This document shows positions 39,636 through 50,088 of a stretch of 64,000 nt of DNA, one piece after another. The notes beneath the pieces were generated by a model. The model made no database searches, had not been told where the DNA came from, and saw nothing but the letters and a program-made list of their open reading frames with translations. Positions within the stretch are counted from its first letter, which is position 1. The number at the start of each line of letters is the position of its first letter. The stretch lies in the NCBI GenBank assembly GCA_965217585.1, contig OZ244561.1:4128001-4192000 (forward strand). The letters are read 5' to 3'. The translations under genes and the position numbers were made by a program. The DNA comes from Candidatus Latescibacterota bacterium. Lineage in GTDB: Bacteria; Latescibacterota; UBA2968; UBA8231.

Positions 39636-40679
39636 ATGGGCGAGCGCATCCGTGGCTTTGGCAGCGACAATCACGCTGGGGTCCACCCCGAGGTCATGGC
39701 GGCCTTACACCGAGTCAACGTGGGGCACGTGCATTCCTATGGGGACGATCCCCACACTGTTGAAGCCGTCGCGCTTTTTCGGGAGGTGTTGGGATCGGAT
39801 GTAGAGGTTTTCTTTGCATTCAACGGCACCGGAGCCAATGTTACGGCCCTCTCCGCGCTCACGCGCTTTTACGACGCGGTGATCTGCTCTGACACCGCTC
39901 ATCTCCACATCGACGAATGCGGTGCCCCCGAACAGGTGGCCGGCGTCAAGCTCCTACCCGCGCCCGCACCCGACGGCAAAATCACTCCCGAGGGAATCGC
40001 CGCCCATATTGCGGCTCGGGGTGACGAGCACCAAGTGCGCCCCCGCGTGGTGTCGATTACTCAGGCCACCGAATTGGGCACCGTCTATGCGCCCAGCGAG
40101 ATCCGCGCCCTCGCCGACTGCGCCCATGAGCACGGGTTGCTCCTGCATGTCGATGGGGCGCGAATCGCCAACGCAGCCGTGGGCTTGAACTTGGAACTGC
40201 GGGAGGCCACTGGGGATTGCGGGGTTGATGTGTTGTCGTTTGGCGGCACCAAGAACGGCCTGATGCTGGGGGAAGCCGTGGTCTTTTTTCAGCCTGAGCT
40301 GGCCGCGCACTATCGCCGGGCGCGCAAGCAGGGGATGCAATTGGCCTCTAAGATGCGCTTTGTCGCCGCGCAGTTTACGGCCCTGCTGACCGACGACCTG
40401 TGGCGTCGGAGCGCCCAGCACGCCAACGCCATGGCGCAGGTGCTGGCCGAGCGAGTGCGGCCCATTCGCGGGGTGGAGGTGATTTACCCAGTGCAGGCCA
40501 ACGCCGTCTTTGCCCGGTTGCCGACAGAAGTGATCCCCATTTTGCAGCAGGAGTTCTTCTTTTATCCCTGGAATGCCACGCGAGGCGAGGTGCGTTGGAT
40601 GACCTCGTTTGACACTGAGGTAGAGGATATAGAGGCATTTGCGACGCTGATCGAAAAGTTTCTCCCTCCGACTGAATAG
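39636..40679 (+). CDS. Low-specificity L-threonine aldolase
   Basis: FGSDN, GTGAN, HVDGARIANA, SFGGTKNG (PLP lysine). Confidence 0.92.
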   Translation: MGERIRGFGSDNHAGVHPEVMAALHRVNVGHVHSYGDDPHTVEAVALFREVLGSDVEVFFAFNGTGANVTALSALTRFYDAVICSDTAHLHIDECGAPEQVAGVKLLPAPAPDGKITPEGIAAHIAARGDEHQVRPRVVSITQATELGTVYAPSEIRALADCAHEHGLLLHVDGARIANAAVGLNLELREATGDCGVDVLSFGGTKNGLMLGEAVVFFQPELAAHYRRARKQGMQLASKMRFVAAQFTALLTDDLWRRSAQHANAMAQVLAERVRPIRGVEVIYPVQANAVFARLPTEVIPILQQEFFFYPWNATRGEVRWMTSFDTEVEDIEAFATLIEKFLPPTE

Positions 40680-40722
40680 TCGGAACCAACGCTTCTCCCT
40701 CCGACTGAATAGTCGGAGCCAA
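40660..40722. repeat. Two-copy tandem repeat (33-bp period) with internal hairpin
   Basis: TTCTCCCTCCGACTGAATAGTCGGA(A/G)CCAA at 40660 and 40693; hairpin TCCGACT-GAAT-AGTCGGA. Confidence 0.85.
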
Positions 40723-40747
40723 AAACCTTGACAGAAAGGAACGCATC

Positions 40748-41581
40748 GTGATCATCGACACCCATACCCATTTCTACGATCCCACGCGGCCGGAAGGGGT
40801 CCCTTGGCCGCCAGCCGACAACGAGCTGCTCTACCGCACGGTATTGCCCGAGCATCACCGCGCCCTCGCCGCGCCCGAAGGGGTGACCGGGACGGTGGTA
40901 GTGGAAGCTAGTGCGTGGCTGGCGGATAATCAGTGGATTCTGGATTTGGCCGCCGCCGACCCCTGGATCGTCGGGCTGGTGGGCCACGTCGATCCCAACC
41001 GAGAGGAGTTCAAAGACGACATTGACCGCCTTGCAGATAACGCGCTCTTCCTCGGCATTCGCTGCGGCGGTGGGTATTTTGCCGACTTGGAGGCCGGGTC
41101 TTTTCTCGCCGACATGGAGCACCTCGTCGCACGGGACTTGAACCTCGACGTGCTGGTGGGGCCGGCGGACTTGGCCCAAGTGGCCGAACTGGCCCGGCGA
41201 CTGCCCGAATTGCGCATCGTCATCAACCACTGTGGCGGAGTAGGGACCGACGGCGGCGATCCCGGTCCGGCGTGGTTGGACGCCATGGCCCAAGCGGCCG
41301 AGCATCCGCAAGTCTTTATGAAGGTCTCGGCGATCATGGAGCAAAGCAGAGTGGATCCGGTGCCGGAAGGGCTGGACTTTTATCGCCCGATCTTGGACGC
41401 AATGTGGGATGCCTTTGGCGCAGACCGCGTGATCTACGGCAGCAATTGGCCCGTCAGTGACCGGGCGGGGAGTTTTAAGGCCGCCATCTCCATCGTCAAA
41501 GCGTACTTTGGCGAAAAGGGCGTGACGGAGCAGTATTTATGGAAAAACGGCAAGATCGCCTACAAGTGGTTAGACCGCTAA
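40748..41581 (+). CDS. Amidohydrolase (Amidohydro_2, sugar-lactonase-like)
   Basis: IIDTHTHF, VINHCG, MKVS, YGSNWPV. Confidence 0.88.
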   Translation: MIIDTHTHFYDPTRPEGVPWPPADNELLYRTVLPEHHRALAAPEGVTGTVVVEASAWLADNQWILDLAAADPWIVGLVGHVDPNREEFKDDIDRLADNALFLGIRCGGGYFADLEAGSFLADMEHLVARDLNLDVLVGPADLAQVAELARRLPELRIVINHCGGVGTDGGDPGPAWLDAMAQAAEHPQVFMKVSAIMEQSRVDPVPEGLDFYRPILDAMWDAFGADRVIYGSNWPVSDRAGSFKAAISIVKAYFGEKGVTEQYLWKNGKIAYKWLDR

Positions 41582-41591
41582 GGAGGCCATT

Positions 41592-42890
41592 GTGAAATTT
41601 TGGGTTTTCACCCACAGCGACCAGCCCCTCGAGCACTGGCTCGAAGGCTACCAGCAGCGCTTCGACGCTTGGGAAGAAGGCGGCGTAGAAGGCATTATCG
41701 TCGGCCGCATGCAGTTTAAGCAGGACGATGGTTCGATTATCTCCAGCTATCCGGCTAATCCCAAGCTCTACGCCGAGCACGGCGTCGAGCTGCCGGAGGA
41801 GACGCCCCGCGACTTAGAAAAAGAAAAAAAGCTCCAAGCCATGATGGACGACGCGGCGGCGCGTGGCTGGCAGATTATGACCTTTGGCATGGGGCGCGGT
41901 GGGGTGGTCGGGCTGGAGGACTTGATCACGTTCTACCCGCAGGTCCACGGCGTCATTATCGACGGCCCCGGCGAAAACCACTACGAGCTAGCGTTCCATC
42001 ACGGCGGGGAGCTGCTGGAACTCCGGCCCGGCGAGGATCAGCTCTTTGCCGGCATGGGAGCCGATGTCGAGCGGATACAGCGCGGCATCGATCATCTGCG
42101 GCAGGCCCTGTGTCGGCTGACGCCCCAGCGGGTGCGCTACCTCGCCCAAGGCGGCCTTTTTTCAGTGCTGAATTTAATCGACCTCGACGAGGATGGACTG
42201 TATTGGTTGCGGATGCGGCAGGAGAAGTCGCGCCGCTCCTGGGCAGACGCCCGCACAATCGTCGATCAGGCCTCGCGCAAGATCGAGTTGGGCGGGATTC
42301 CGCGCACGGCCGTCGTCTCTGGGTTGACTGGGCAGGATTACGAGCGGATGGCCGGGTATTTCGATTATATACTGCCCAAGCACTACTATTGGCATCGCGG
42401 TTTTGACGGTCTTTATGGAACACTGGCGCGCTGGGTGCAGACGCTTGGGGAGTGGAATCCGGGGCTAACGGAGGAGGACGCCTTTGCCGTGGTCCAGGCG
42501 CTTTTTGGTATCAAACTGCCTCAGGTGCGGACGCTTTTTGACTTGGAGGCGGGTTTCCCCGACGAGTTTTTCAGCGAGGTCGTGTACGGTGAGACGCGCC
42601 GTGCCTTGGAGGCGGCCGGTGCCGACAAGGTGATCTGCTGGGTTTCGACCGGTCGCACGCCGCACGCTGGCGACCCCATGCCCGCGCGCGATCTGCTCGG
42701 CATTTTGCGGGCGTCCGAGGCGGCTGGACTCAAGCGCTTCGTCTTTCATCCAGAGGTCATGGGTGCGTCCGAGTGGCGGGTTTTGACGGAGTTGTGCGGG
42801 ATGCCGTGGCGCGAGGATCCGAGCGGGTATTGGCCTTCGGGCACCGAGAAGCCAGATGCTTTTAATGGGGGACGTAAGAAAGAGAATTAG
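41592..42890 (+). CDS. Hypothetical protein
   Basis: 432-aa ORF with SD AAGGAGG and host-like codon style; no family recognised. Confidence 0.75.
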   Translation: MKFWVFTHSDQPLEHWLEGYQQRFDAWEEGGVEGIIVGRMQFKQDDGSIISSYPANPKLYAEHGVELPEETPRDLEKEKKLQAMMDDAAARGWQIMTFGMGRGGVVGLEDLITFYPQVHGVIIDGPGENHYELAFHHGGELLELRPGEDQLFAGMGADVERIQRGIDHLRQALCRLTPQRVRYLAQGGLFSVLNLIDLDEDGLYWLRMRQEKSRRSWADARTIVDQASRKIELGGIPRTAVVSGLTGQDYERMAGYFDYILPKHYYWHRGFDGLYGTLARWVQTLGEWNPGLTEEDAFAVVQALFGIKLPQVRTLFDLEAGFPDEFFSEVVYGETRRALEAAGADKVICWVSTGRTPHAGDPMPARDLLGILRASEAAGLKRFVFHPEVMGASEWRVLTELCGMPWREDPSGYWPSGTEKPDAFNGGRKKEN

Positions 42891-42901
42891 GTGAACGCAA
42901 A

Positions 42902-44035
42902 ATGACTCACACACTCGCAAAATCGCCTGACTACGCCGCATGGCTATGCGAGATGAAAGCGCGCATTCGGTCGGCCCATCTCAGTGCAGCGCGGGCGGTG
43001 AACCGCGATATGATCCTGTTGTATTGGGACATTGGGCGCGGGATCTTAGAGAATCAGAAGGAACAAGGCTGGGGTAAGTCAATAGTGGACAGGCTGGCCG
43101 CAGACTTGAGAAAGGCGTTCCCCCACATAAGTGGTTTCTCGGCACGCAACCTCTGGAACATGCGTCGGCTGGTCGAGGCGTATTCTAACGCTAGAGTCCT
43201 TGCACAAGCGGTGCAGGAAATAGGGCATTTGGAGAAAGATGCAATTCTGCGACAGCCTGTCGCATAATTAGAAAATGATCGCACGGAACAAGCCAAGGAA
43301 TTTCTGCAACAGCTTGTTGCAGAAATTCCTTGGGGACACAACATATTGATTTTAAATAAGATATCTGATTTCGACGCCCGCCTGTACTATCTCCGCGCCA
43401 CCGCCCAATTCGGCTGGACGCGCAACGTCCTGCTCAACCAGATCAAAGCCGGAGCCTATGAGCGCTCCTTGGCCGAAGGCAAGACGCACAACTTTCCGAG
43501 TACATTGCCCGAACATCTGGCCGAACAGGCAGAAGAAGCCCTCAAGAGTTCGTACAATCTCGAATTTCTGGGGATTTCTCACGCAGTAAAAGAGCGAGAG
43601 CTTGAGACTCGGCTCATCGAGCAATTGCAGGATTTCATCTTAGAACTGGGCTATGGCTTCTGCTTCGTGGGACGGCAGCATCGCCTGACCTTGGGCGACA
43701 AGGAGTATTTCGTCGATCTGCTGTTCTATCACCGCTTTCTAAAGTCGCTGGTTGCCTTTGAACTGAAAGCGGGACCATTCGAGCCAGAATACGCCGGCAA
43801 GATGGACTTCTACCTCAACGTGCTCAATGAGAAAGAGCAAGCCGAAGACGACAACCCTTCCATCGGCATCATCCTGTGTGCGGAAAAGGACAACCTCGAA
43901 GTGGAGTTTGCGCTCAAGAGCAAAACTAATCCCATCGGCGTGGCCGAATACCAGTTGCAATCGACTTTGCCGGAGGAATTCAAAGGCAAACTCCCGACAT
44001 CCCAACAACTGCGGGAAGCGCTGCGTCTGCCTTGA
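42902..44035 (+). pseudogene. yhcG: YhcG/DUF1016 PD-(D/E)XK nuclease-domain gene split by in-frame TAA (43265-43267)
   Basis: LYWDIG, GFSARNL..MR, IPWGHN, FILELGYGF, DLLFYHR, ELK, GIILC. ORFs 42902 and 43346 are in the same frame. Confidence 0.88.
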
Positions 44036-44189
44036 AAAACCGCAGAGAATAACCCATACCGAAACCGTCCAAGCCCGCATGAGATCTGCGTCAAAAGATC
44101 ATGTTCGCCATCTTTGCAGCAGTAGAAGACTTCGACCAAGTCGTCCCGATCGTGGATACGCTGTTGGCGCGGTTGGAGGAAGTTAGGAA

Positions 44190-44385
44190 CTGATGTTACG
44201 CAGCCCCTGCCTTCGCAGGGCAGGCTCTTATGCCACGTCTGCCGCTTGCGGCCTGTGGCCCCGTCGCCCGCCGTCATTCCCACGTACGCGGGAATCCAGC
44301 CTAACGCACTAGCCTCAAAAGGGCATCTCTGGATGCCTGCTTTCGCAGGCATGACACTGGGGCCGCGGCGGCTTTACACAGTGCG
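44190..44385. mobile_element. MITE-like element copy 1, right end lost at the IS4 junction
   Basis: Begins CTGATGTTACGCAG; internal palindrome pair 44273-44355; colinear with the reverse complement of the 49890-50088 element. Confidence 0.7.
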
Positions 44386-45336
44386 CTAAGTACACGACAG
44401 TAAAATCGGTTCATATTGCTGGACGTGTTTAGGTTGCTCTCGTGCTTGGTGTATGATCTGTGTGAGTTGGTCGAGTCCACGTCGAAAGAGGCTTATGGCT
44501 GGTCGTCCATGTTTTTTTCGCGGGATGGGTTTTCTTTGATGCAGATGCTCGCCCACCAGCAGCGCCCACAGCAGCGTCCACGCCAGCAGCCCCAGCAGCA
44601 GGTGCCAGCGTTGGGGGTGGGTCAGATGGGTGTCCTCGAGGTTAAATCCTCTCGATTTCAAACAAGCAAACGTCGTTTCAATAGCCCAGCGCTGGCCATA
44701 GACCTCAAGCACCTGTTGGAGGTCGGTTCGGTTGGTGATCAGCAGGAGCCGTTCGCCGTGGGTAGGGCGGTGCCACACCAGATGCAGGGTCAATCCGTCC
44801 TAGAGGGTGGTCTGGGGATAGTATCGGGTGGTGCCTCGGGGCATGCGTGCATTAAAGGTGGCCGCATAGCGCCGACGACCATCCTCGAGCGTGATCCAGG
44901 TGTTGCCTCGCAGGCGAGTGACTCAGATCGGTGCGACCCAGCTTCCAATGGGTGCGATCCATGACCAACACCTGGGGCTGGCCGGATACAACCAGCTTGG
45001 AGACGATCAACTCGGTAAACACCGTCGGGGAGAATGCGCTGCTAAAAAAACGCTGGAGGCGGCGATATTGACTTGCAATTTGGGCCATGCCCGACAGACT
45101 ACACGCGAGTTTCTTCAGATTGACGGAACGCACTTGGATCAGTGCACACACCAAGCGACTAATCAGGTCGATACGGTGGCGCGTGAGGGATACCGGCCCT
45201 TGCCTAAGGGCTTTTTTGAGCGTATTAATAAGCATGGTGCGGCTCCTGTATTTAGGATTTAGATGCAATCTTGGGCGATTACAAATAAACCTAAAGCAGG
45301 GCTGCACCACAACTTAGGTTACTGTCGTGTACTTAG
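44386..45336 (-). mobile_element. IS4-family insertion sequence, decayed
   Basis: 18-bp perfect TIRs CTAAGTACACGACAGTAA (44386-44403 and 45319-45336). Transposase fragments MDRTHW and YGQRWAIETTF..LKSRGFNLEDT...LSCT; internal deletion/frameshift and a premature TAG. Confidence 0.9.
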
Positions 45337-46204
45337 CTCGATCGGTTAAAATAGAACTCCACTCAACCAAGTAAAAAATGTCTGATTGTAGGTTCTCAAC
45401 GACCTTACTTTTGAAAACCATATTATCATTTAAATAAAGCCCAGCATCATACTTCTGATACAATTCCAGCAACTTGTATAGATCGTCCTCTAGATTGAAC
45501 GGGCCGAACCCCAATAATTCTTGTAGATGCGAGGCATAATCGAACTCATCCAACATAGATGACCCGAAGCTGAAGGTTGCCGCAGAGCGCGCTGTCCTGT
45601 AACGCGACAGTCTGTCAAAAACAGGTTTTATAGAGATCCAGTTCTCCTTCACAATGTCTGAGCTGTCCTTCAAGCGCCTGAGTGCCTCTTTATGACTAAA
45701 GAGCCTATCTGCGTAAAAGAGTCCTCCTCGTAGAATTTCCGAGACAATATACCCATTCCAGTAACCGAAGTATGCTTCATAAGGGCGAAAGATAATGCCA
45801 TTCTCGTCTTTCAGATTATAATTTTTAATGCCTCTGTGAGAGCATGAATGAAGATCAACATAATCATGCTTAATTGACCCATCATAGTCAAAAGGATGCA
45901 CAGCGGCTTCCTCTGCTGTCTCAGGAATAGACATGTGAATAAATGATCCGTGGACTTTTGAAATGATTCTAGCCTCTTCATTAAGGCGTTCTTCAGGGAA
46001 TTTGACGAACAAATCTGGGGTAATTATATCGTGAGCAATCAAGTCCTCAATTTTTAATCCTTCCAGAGCTCTAATTCCAAAATGACTGTGCAGATAGTTT
46101 CCGAATAGACCACTACCCAATCCGCCATGCGAATACCATAGCAATCCAGCATTGAGGTATCTACACTGCATATCCAAAGAATTTACATTTTCATACCGCC
46201 ACAT
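45337..46204 (-). pseudogene. Lower-GC hypothetical gene, 3'-truncated by IS4
   Basis: AT-richer than its flanks; the ORF runs into the IS TIR (KYTTVT) to find its stop. Confidence 0.65.
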
Positions 46205-46309
46205 CGGAAATCTCTCCGCCTAAGAAATAAAATGCGTCGTCAAATGCAACCACTGCGGGCGCAATTTTACAGGGGGATGGCACGCACGGAACTGTGTCGC
46301 GTCCCGAAC

Positions 46310-46588
46310 TCAATTTTGCGAATGATCATCACCGTCGCGCTTGGGAGCGGGGTCTATCTGCGGGCCGGTCTCGTCATCGCTCAGGGCGTTGCGGGCGTCG
46401 TGGAAGCGGCGGATGCGACGCACGAAAATGAAGACCAAGCCCGCCAGTGCTGCGTAGAGCAAGTACTGATAGATCGGTTCGGTCCAGCCTAGCACCACGG
46501 GCCAGAGGCTGACGATGCAGAGCAAGATAAAAAGGTCTTCAATCAGCTTGTGTCTTTTTTCTCGCTGCTCTTCTTGTTCAGGCGTCAT
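46310..46588 (-). CDS. Small membrane protein
   Basis: Two hydrophobic helices; start overlaps the transglycosylase stop. Confidence 0.7.
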   Translation of the reverse strand: MTPEQEEQREKRHKLIEDLFILLCIVSLWPVVLGWTEPIYQYLLYAALAGLVFIFVRRIRRFHDARNALSDDETGPQIDPAPKRDGDDHSQN

Positions 46589-48722
46589 CGGATAGGGCCT
46601 TGTAAATGGCGTAGTTTTTGAGGACTAGCTTGACGTAGAGGCGGGTTTCCTTGAAGGGGATGCGCTCGACGAAGGCGTCCGGGTCCTCGGAGGGAAAGCT
46701 CTTGAGCCACCGGCGGGCGTTGTGCGGGCCGGCGTTATACGCGGCCAAGCCCAGTTCAAAGCCCAAATCCGCGCCCTGGCTGGCCGTGAATTGGCGCATT
46801 TGGTCGCCGAGAAAGTAACTGCCCAAGCGGATGGAGACGGCCGGGTCGAAGAGTGCGCGCAGCTCAAAGGGTTTCATCTCCAACGTCCGCGCGAGGGTGA
46901 GGCCGGTGTGGGGCATGATCTGCATCAGGCCCCTGGCGCCTGCCCGCGACACTGCGCTTTCGTTGAACGTGCTCTCTTGGCGAATTACCGACAGGACCAG
47001 AAAGGGGTCGATTTGGGCGGCGGCCGCGGCCGCGGCAATTTCCTCCCAGTAGTAAGTCGGGTAGATGCGCGACAGTTCCTCTGGGTCTTTCCCATCAAAA
47101 AGGCGCATCGACAGCCGCATGGCTTGGTCGCGAAAGCCGAGTGCCTCATAGTAGTCGCGGATGGCCTTTAGCGCGGCCTTCTGGCCCTTGTAGTCGCGGA
47201 CGGCTTGCTCCATCTCGGCTGCCGACCAATCCCTTAGCCCCAATTGGTTTAGCAAGCCGGCGCGCTCGAGGTGTGCCCTGTGCGCTAGCGCGGGGACGTC
47301 GTCTTGGCGGGGGTTGTCTGCGGGCCGCCCCTTGAGCTTAACCTGTTCTCTATGGCCCAACTGGACGGCGCGGGCCGAGTAGTAAGAGCGGGGAAATCCG
47401 GCGGCAGCACGGCGATAGAACGCGGTGGCGGCCTCTGTGCGGCCTAGCTGGGTCGCGCTCTTGCCGGCCCAGTACAGGGATTGGTCGATGATGTGGGGCT
47501 GGCGCGCCTGCTGACTCGCGCGCTCAAAAGCGGCGAGGGCTTCGGCGTATTGCTCTTGGCAATAGAGCGCGAAGCCGACGCTCCAACGCGCTTCGTCGCC
47601 GTAATCGGTTTGCGGGTAGTGCTCGGCTAGGCGTCCATAGAGCGTTTCGGCGCGGGCGAACAGGCTGTTGCGCTCGGCGGCTTTGGCGGCCTGCCACAGG
47701 GCATCGTCGGCCAAGTCGTGCTGGGGGTAGCGCTTGGCAAAGGCTGCATAGGCGGCAATGGCCTTGTCTTCGCGATTTTTGCGGACTGAGAGACTGGCAA
47801 TGCGATAAAGGGCCGCCGGGTTGCCGTAGCGGTCGTGAACCGTCCGAAAAACCTGCTCGGCCTTGGTGTAGTGTCCCGCAGATAGGTGGGCCCGGCCGAG
47901 CATGAAGTGCGCTTTGGCGACGCGCTGGTCACCGCTGTGCGTGCGGATGAAGTGCCGAAAGCTCTTGATGGCTTGGTTGAACTGTCTGTGGCTGTAATAG
48001 GTGTGAGCCTTGGCATAAGCCGTGCGGGCGTCGAGCTTCTTAGGCAGGTGCGACAGGCTATTGCGGGCGTGCTTGGAGTGGGGGTGTTTTTCCAGCAGTT
48101 CTAAACGCCACTTTTGCGCCCGCGGCGAATCGTGTTTTTGGCTGGTGGTCGCGAGCAAGTAGAGGACCCGCGCTGGGTCGGCGTCCTGCCCAAGCTGCTC
48201 CTCGTACAGGGCGAGGGCCTTGGCGGGTTGGCCAGCGGTCCGGTAGAGAGAGGCCAAGCGCAGGCTGGCCGGGTTGCGGAGGATCGGGTTGGGCGAAGTC
48301 GCTAGAAAGTTTTCGTACTCGGCGATGGCATCGTGCGTCTGGCCCATGTCCTCTAGGGAACGGGCCATCCAGAAGCGGCGGTAATCGTCCAAGGCCGGTA
48401 GGTCGAGGTCGCGCAAGCGATCATACGCGCGGCTTGGCTCTTTGAGTATGCGCTCGCAAAACGCCCGCTGGAACTCGATGTGCGCTTGAGCGGTCGGCTC
48501 GTGTTGGATCGCGTCTAGCGCAGTGAGTTGGGGATAGGCCAGATCGCAGCGGTCTTCGGCGATCAGCATGGCAATGGGGCTAGGCGGCTCCGGCGTGGGG
48601 GCCTTGGGGTGAGGCTCGGAGGGAGTCTCAGTGAGATCCGAAAAGTAGAAATAGCCTGCTGGTAGTAGGACCAGCAGGCTCAGGAATAGCGTTGTCCAAG
48701 CCCATTTGGCTTTGTCGGTCAT
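46578..48722 (-). CDS. TPR-containing soluble lytic murein transglycosylase (Slt-like)
   Basis: N-terminal TM, TPR repeats, IRQES, GARGLMQ, AAYNAG, ETRLYV. Start moved to ATG 48722. Confidence 0.92.
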   Translation of the reverse strand: MTDKAKWAWTTLFLSLLVLLPAGYFYFSDLTETPSEPHPKAPTPEPPSPIAMLIAEDRCDLAYPQLTALDAIQHEPTAQAHIEFQRAFCERILKEPSRAYDRLRDLDLPALDDYRRFWMARSLEDMGQTHDAIAEYENFLATSPNPILRNPASLRLASLYRTAGQPAKALALYEEQLGQDADPARVLYLLATTSQKHDSPRAQKWRLELLEKHPHSKHARNSLSHLPKKLDARTAYAKAHTYYSHRQFNQAIKSFRHFIRTHSGDQRVAKAHFMLGRAHLSAGHYTKAEQVFRTVHDRYGNPAALYRIASLSVRKNREDKAIAAYAAFAKRYPQHDLADDALWQAAKAAERNSLFARAETLYGRLAEHYPQTDYGDEARWSVGFALYCQEQYAEALAAFERASQQARQPHIIDQSLYWAGKSATQLGRTEAATAFYRRAAAGFPRSYYSARAVQLGHREQVKLKGRPADNPRQDDVPALAHRAHLERAGLLNQLGLRDWSAAEMEQAVRDYKGQKAALKAIRDYYEALGFRDQAMRLSMRLFDGKDPEELSRIYPTYYWEEIAAAAAAAQIDPFLVLSVIRQESTFNESAVSRAGARGLMQIMPHTGLTLARTLEMKPFELRALFDPAVSIRLGSYFLGDQMRQFTASQGADLGFELGLAAYNAGPHNARRWLKSFPSEDPDAFVERIPFKETRLYVKLVLKNYAIYKALSDDA

Positions 48723-48839
48723 TGGTCTTATCGTGGTTTGAGGTGGGTGGTTATTCGGGCGCGCTAGCGGCTTCTCATAAAAATACATATAGTATCGCAG
48801 GGGGCAACAGTAGCGCAAGGGGCCAAGCGGAACAGTGAA

Positions 48840-49893
48840 AGAGGCTCTTTTTGAGGTTGCGTCGCTGCTAGGCTAAAGCGTTCTTGGCTGGTGCCTCAGA
48901 AGCCGTCTGAAAATTCCGGTCTCCGTCCCTTTTGGCCCTTGACACTTGGGAAACCCTTTTAGAGAAGTATCCCGAATCTGAAGAAGGCAAGCGAGTTGTT
49001 GGAGGGATTGGTTCGCTGGCTGCGGATATGTGGGATTTGTCGCTAGAGATTGTTGAGAACTCTATTGCGAGGTCTTATCTGCAAAACGCTGAATTTTGGG
49101 CTTCAGGGGTAAGGAATGACCGTTGGACTATCGACAGCAGTTGGTTGGATCAGATTAAATTGGCGTGTGAGTGGTACGACAGGGTTATAGCAGAATTTCC
49201 GGGAACGCCTTCAGCGAGGTTGGCCTATATTGAAAAATTCAAAACAATATTGGGGAAGACGGGAACCGAACCTTATGGCGTTGGAAAATCTCACGATAAG
49301 TATATTGACCCTCTTATGAACACCTACAAAAATCTTGCGAAAGAATTTCCCAACGACGAGTTTTTGCCTGCCTTGAGGTTTCAAATTGCCCAAATATTCT
49401 GGAGGCGGGATCGTCTAGCATTCGAGAGGCAAGTTGACGAGGCTAGCAATCCTGAAAGTTCTCTTGCCCCTGACAGCATTTCTGGCTACGAAACGACCGA
49501 GCAGTGGTTAAGGGCGATGTTGGAGGGGGATTCAAATAGCTTCTACTCGCAAGTCGCGAGGTCAGATTGGAAGACATAGAAGAATCTCGTCAACGTGGAA
49601 TGGAGACGGCTCGAACGGGAAGAATGCAAGACCGGTTGGAGAAGCTCCGTTCCTCTCCTTGGATTTATGATGTCACTCCCTCTCCAGGATTTACCCGTAT
49701 CGCTAGCACATACCACCGCCGTTTCAACAAGGGGGAATTTACTCTCACTGACAGCACTATTACTATTCACTACAGCAAACCGCCGCTGATTGTTCGTCCT
49801 ATTGAAGAGTTTGACAATTTTGACGGACCGGCATTCGATTTTATTGAAACAGCTATAAAAGAGGTTAAAGAGGAGCTAAAAAATTCTCACTGA
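48840..49893 (+). pseudogene. Lower-GC TPR-like gene fragments, frameshifted
   Basis: ORFs 48932-49579 and 49567-49893 join by a 1-base shift near 49560. Helical-repeat motifs (EKYPES, AEFPGT, KEFPND); no good start. Confidence 0.55.
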
Positions 49894-50088
49894 TGTTACG
49901 CAGTTTTACGAGCGCTTGGTCTATGTCCGGTCGGTCATGCCTGCGAAAGCAGGCATCCAGATTTACCCTCGGAGGTTCGGCGGAGCCGGCCGAAGTCCGC
50001 ATCGTGCGCGAGGCTGGATTTCCGCGTTCGCGGAAATGACAATGGGGATGGCAGGAAGCTGCAGAAGATAAAGGCTGCGTAACATCAG
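49890..50088. mobile_element. MITE-like element copy 2, complete (199 bp)
   Basis: 14-bp perfect TIRs CTGATGTTACGCAG; flanks ATTCTCA / ATTCTTA (imperfect 7-bp TSD); internal palindrome pair. Confidence 0.8.

Noticed and set aside
40660-40722. Mini CRISPR array
   Set aside because: Only two units with a few bases between them, and no cas genes in the window.
43265-43267. Programmed readthrough or recoding in yhcG
   Set aside because: The stop is TAA, and palindrome symmetry indicates a simple G to T change or a sequencing error.
44101-44193. 30-codon ORF MFAIFAAVEDF... ending at the MITE TGA
   Set aside because: Too short, no SD, no family recognised; at most a gene remnant.
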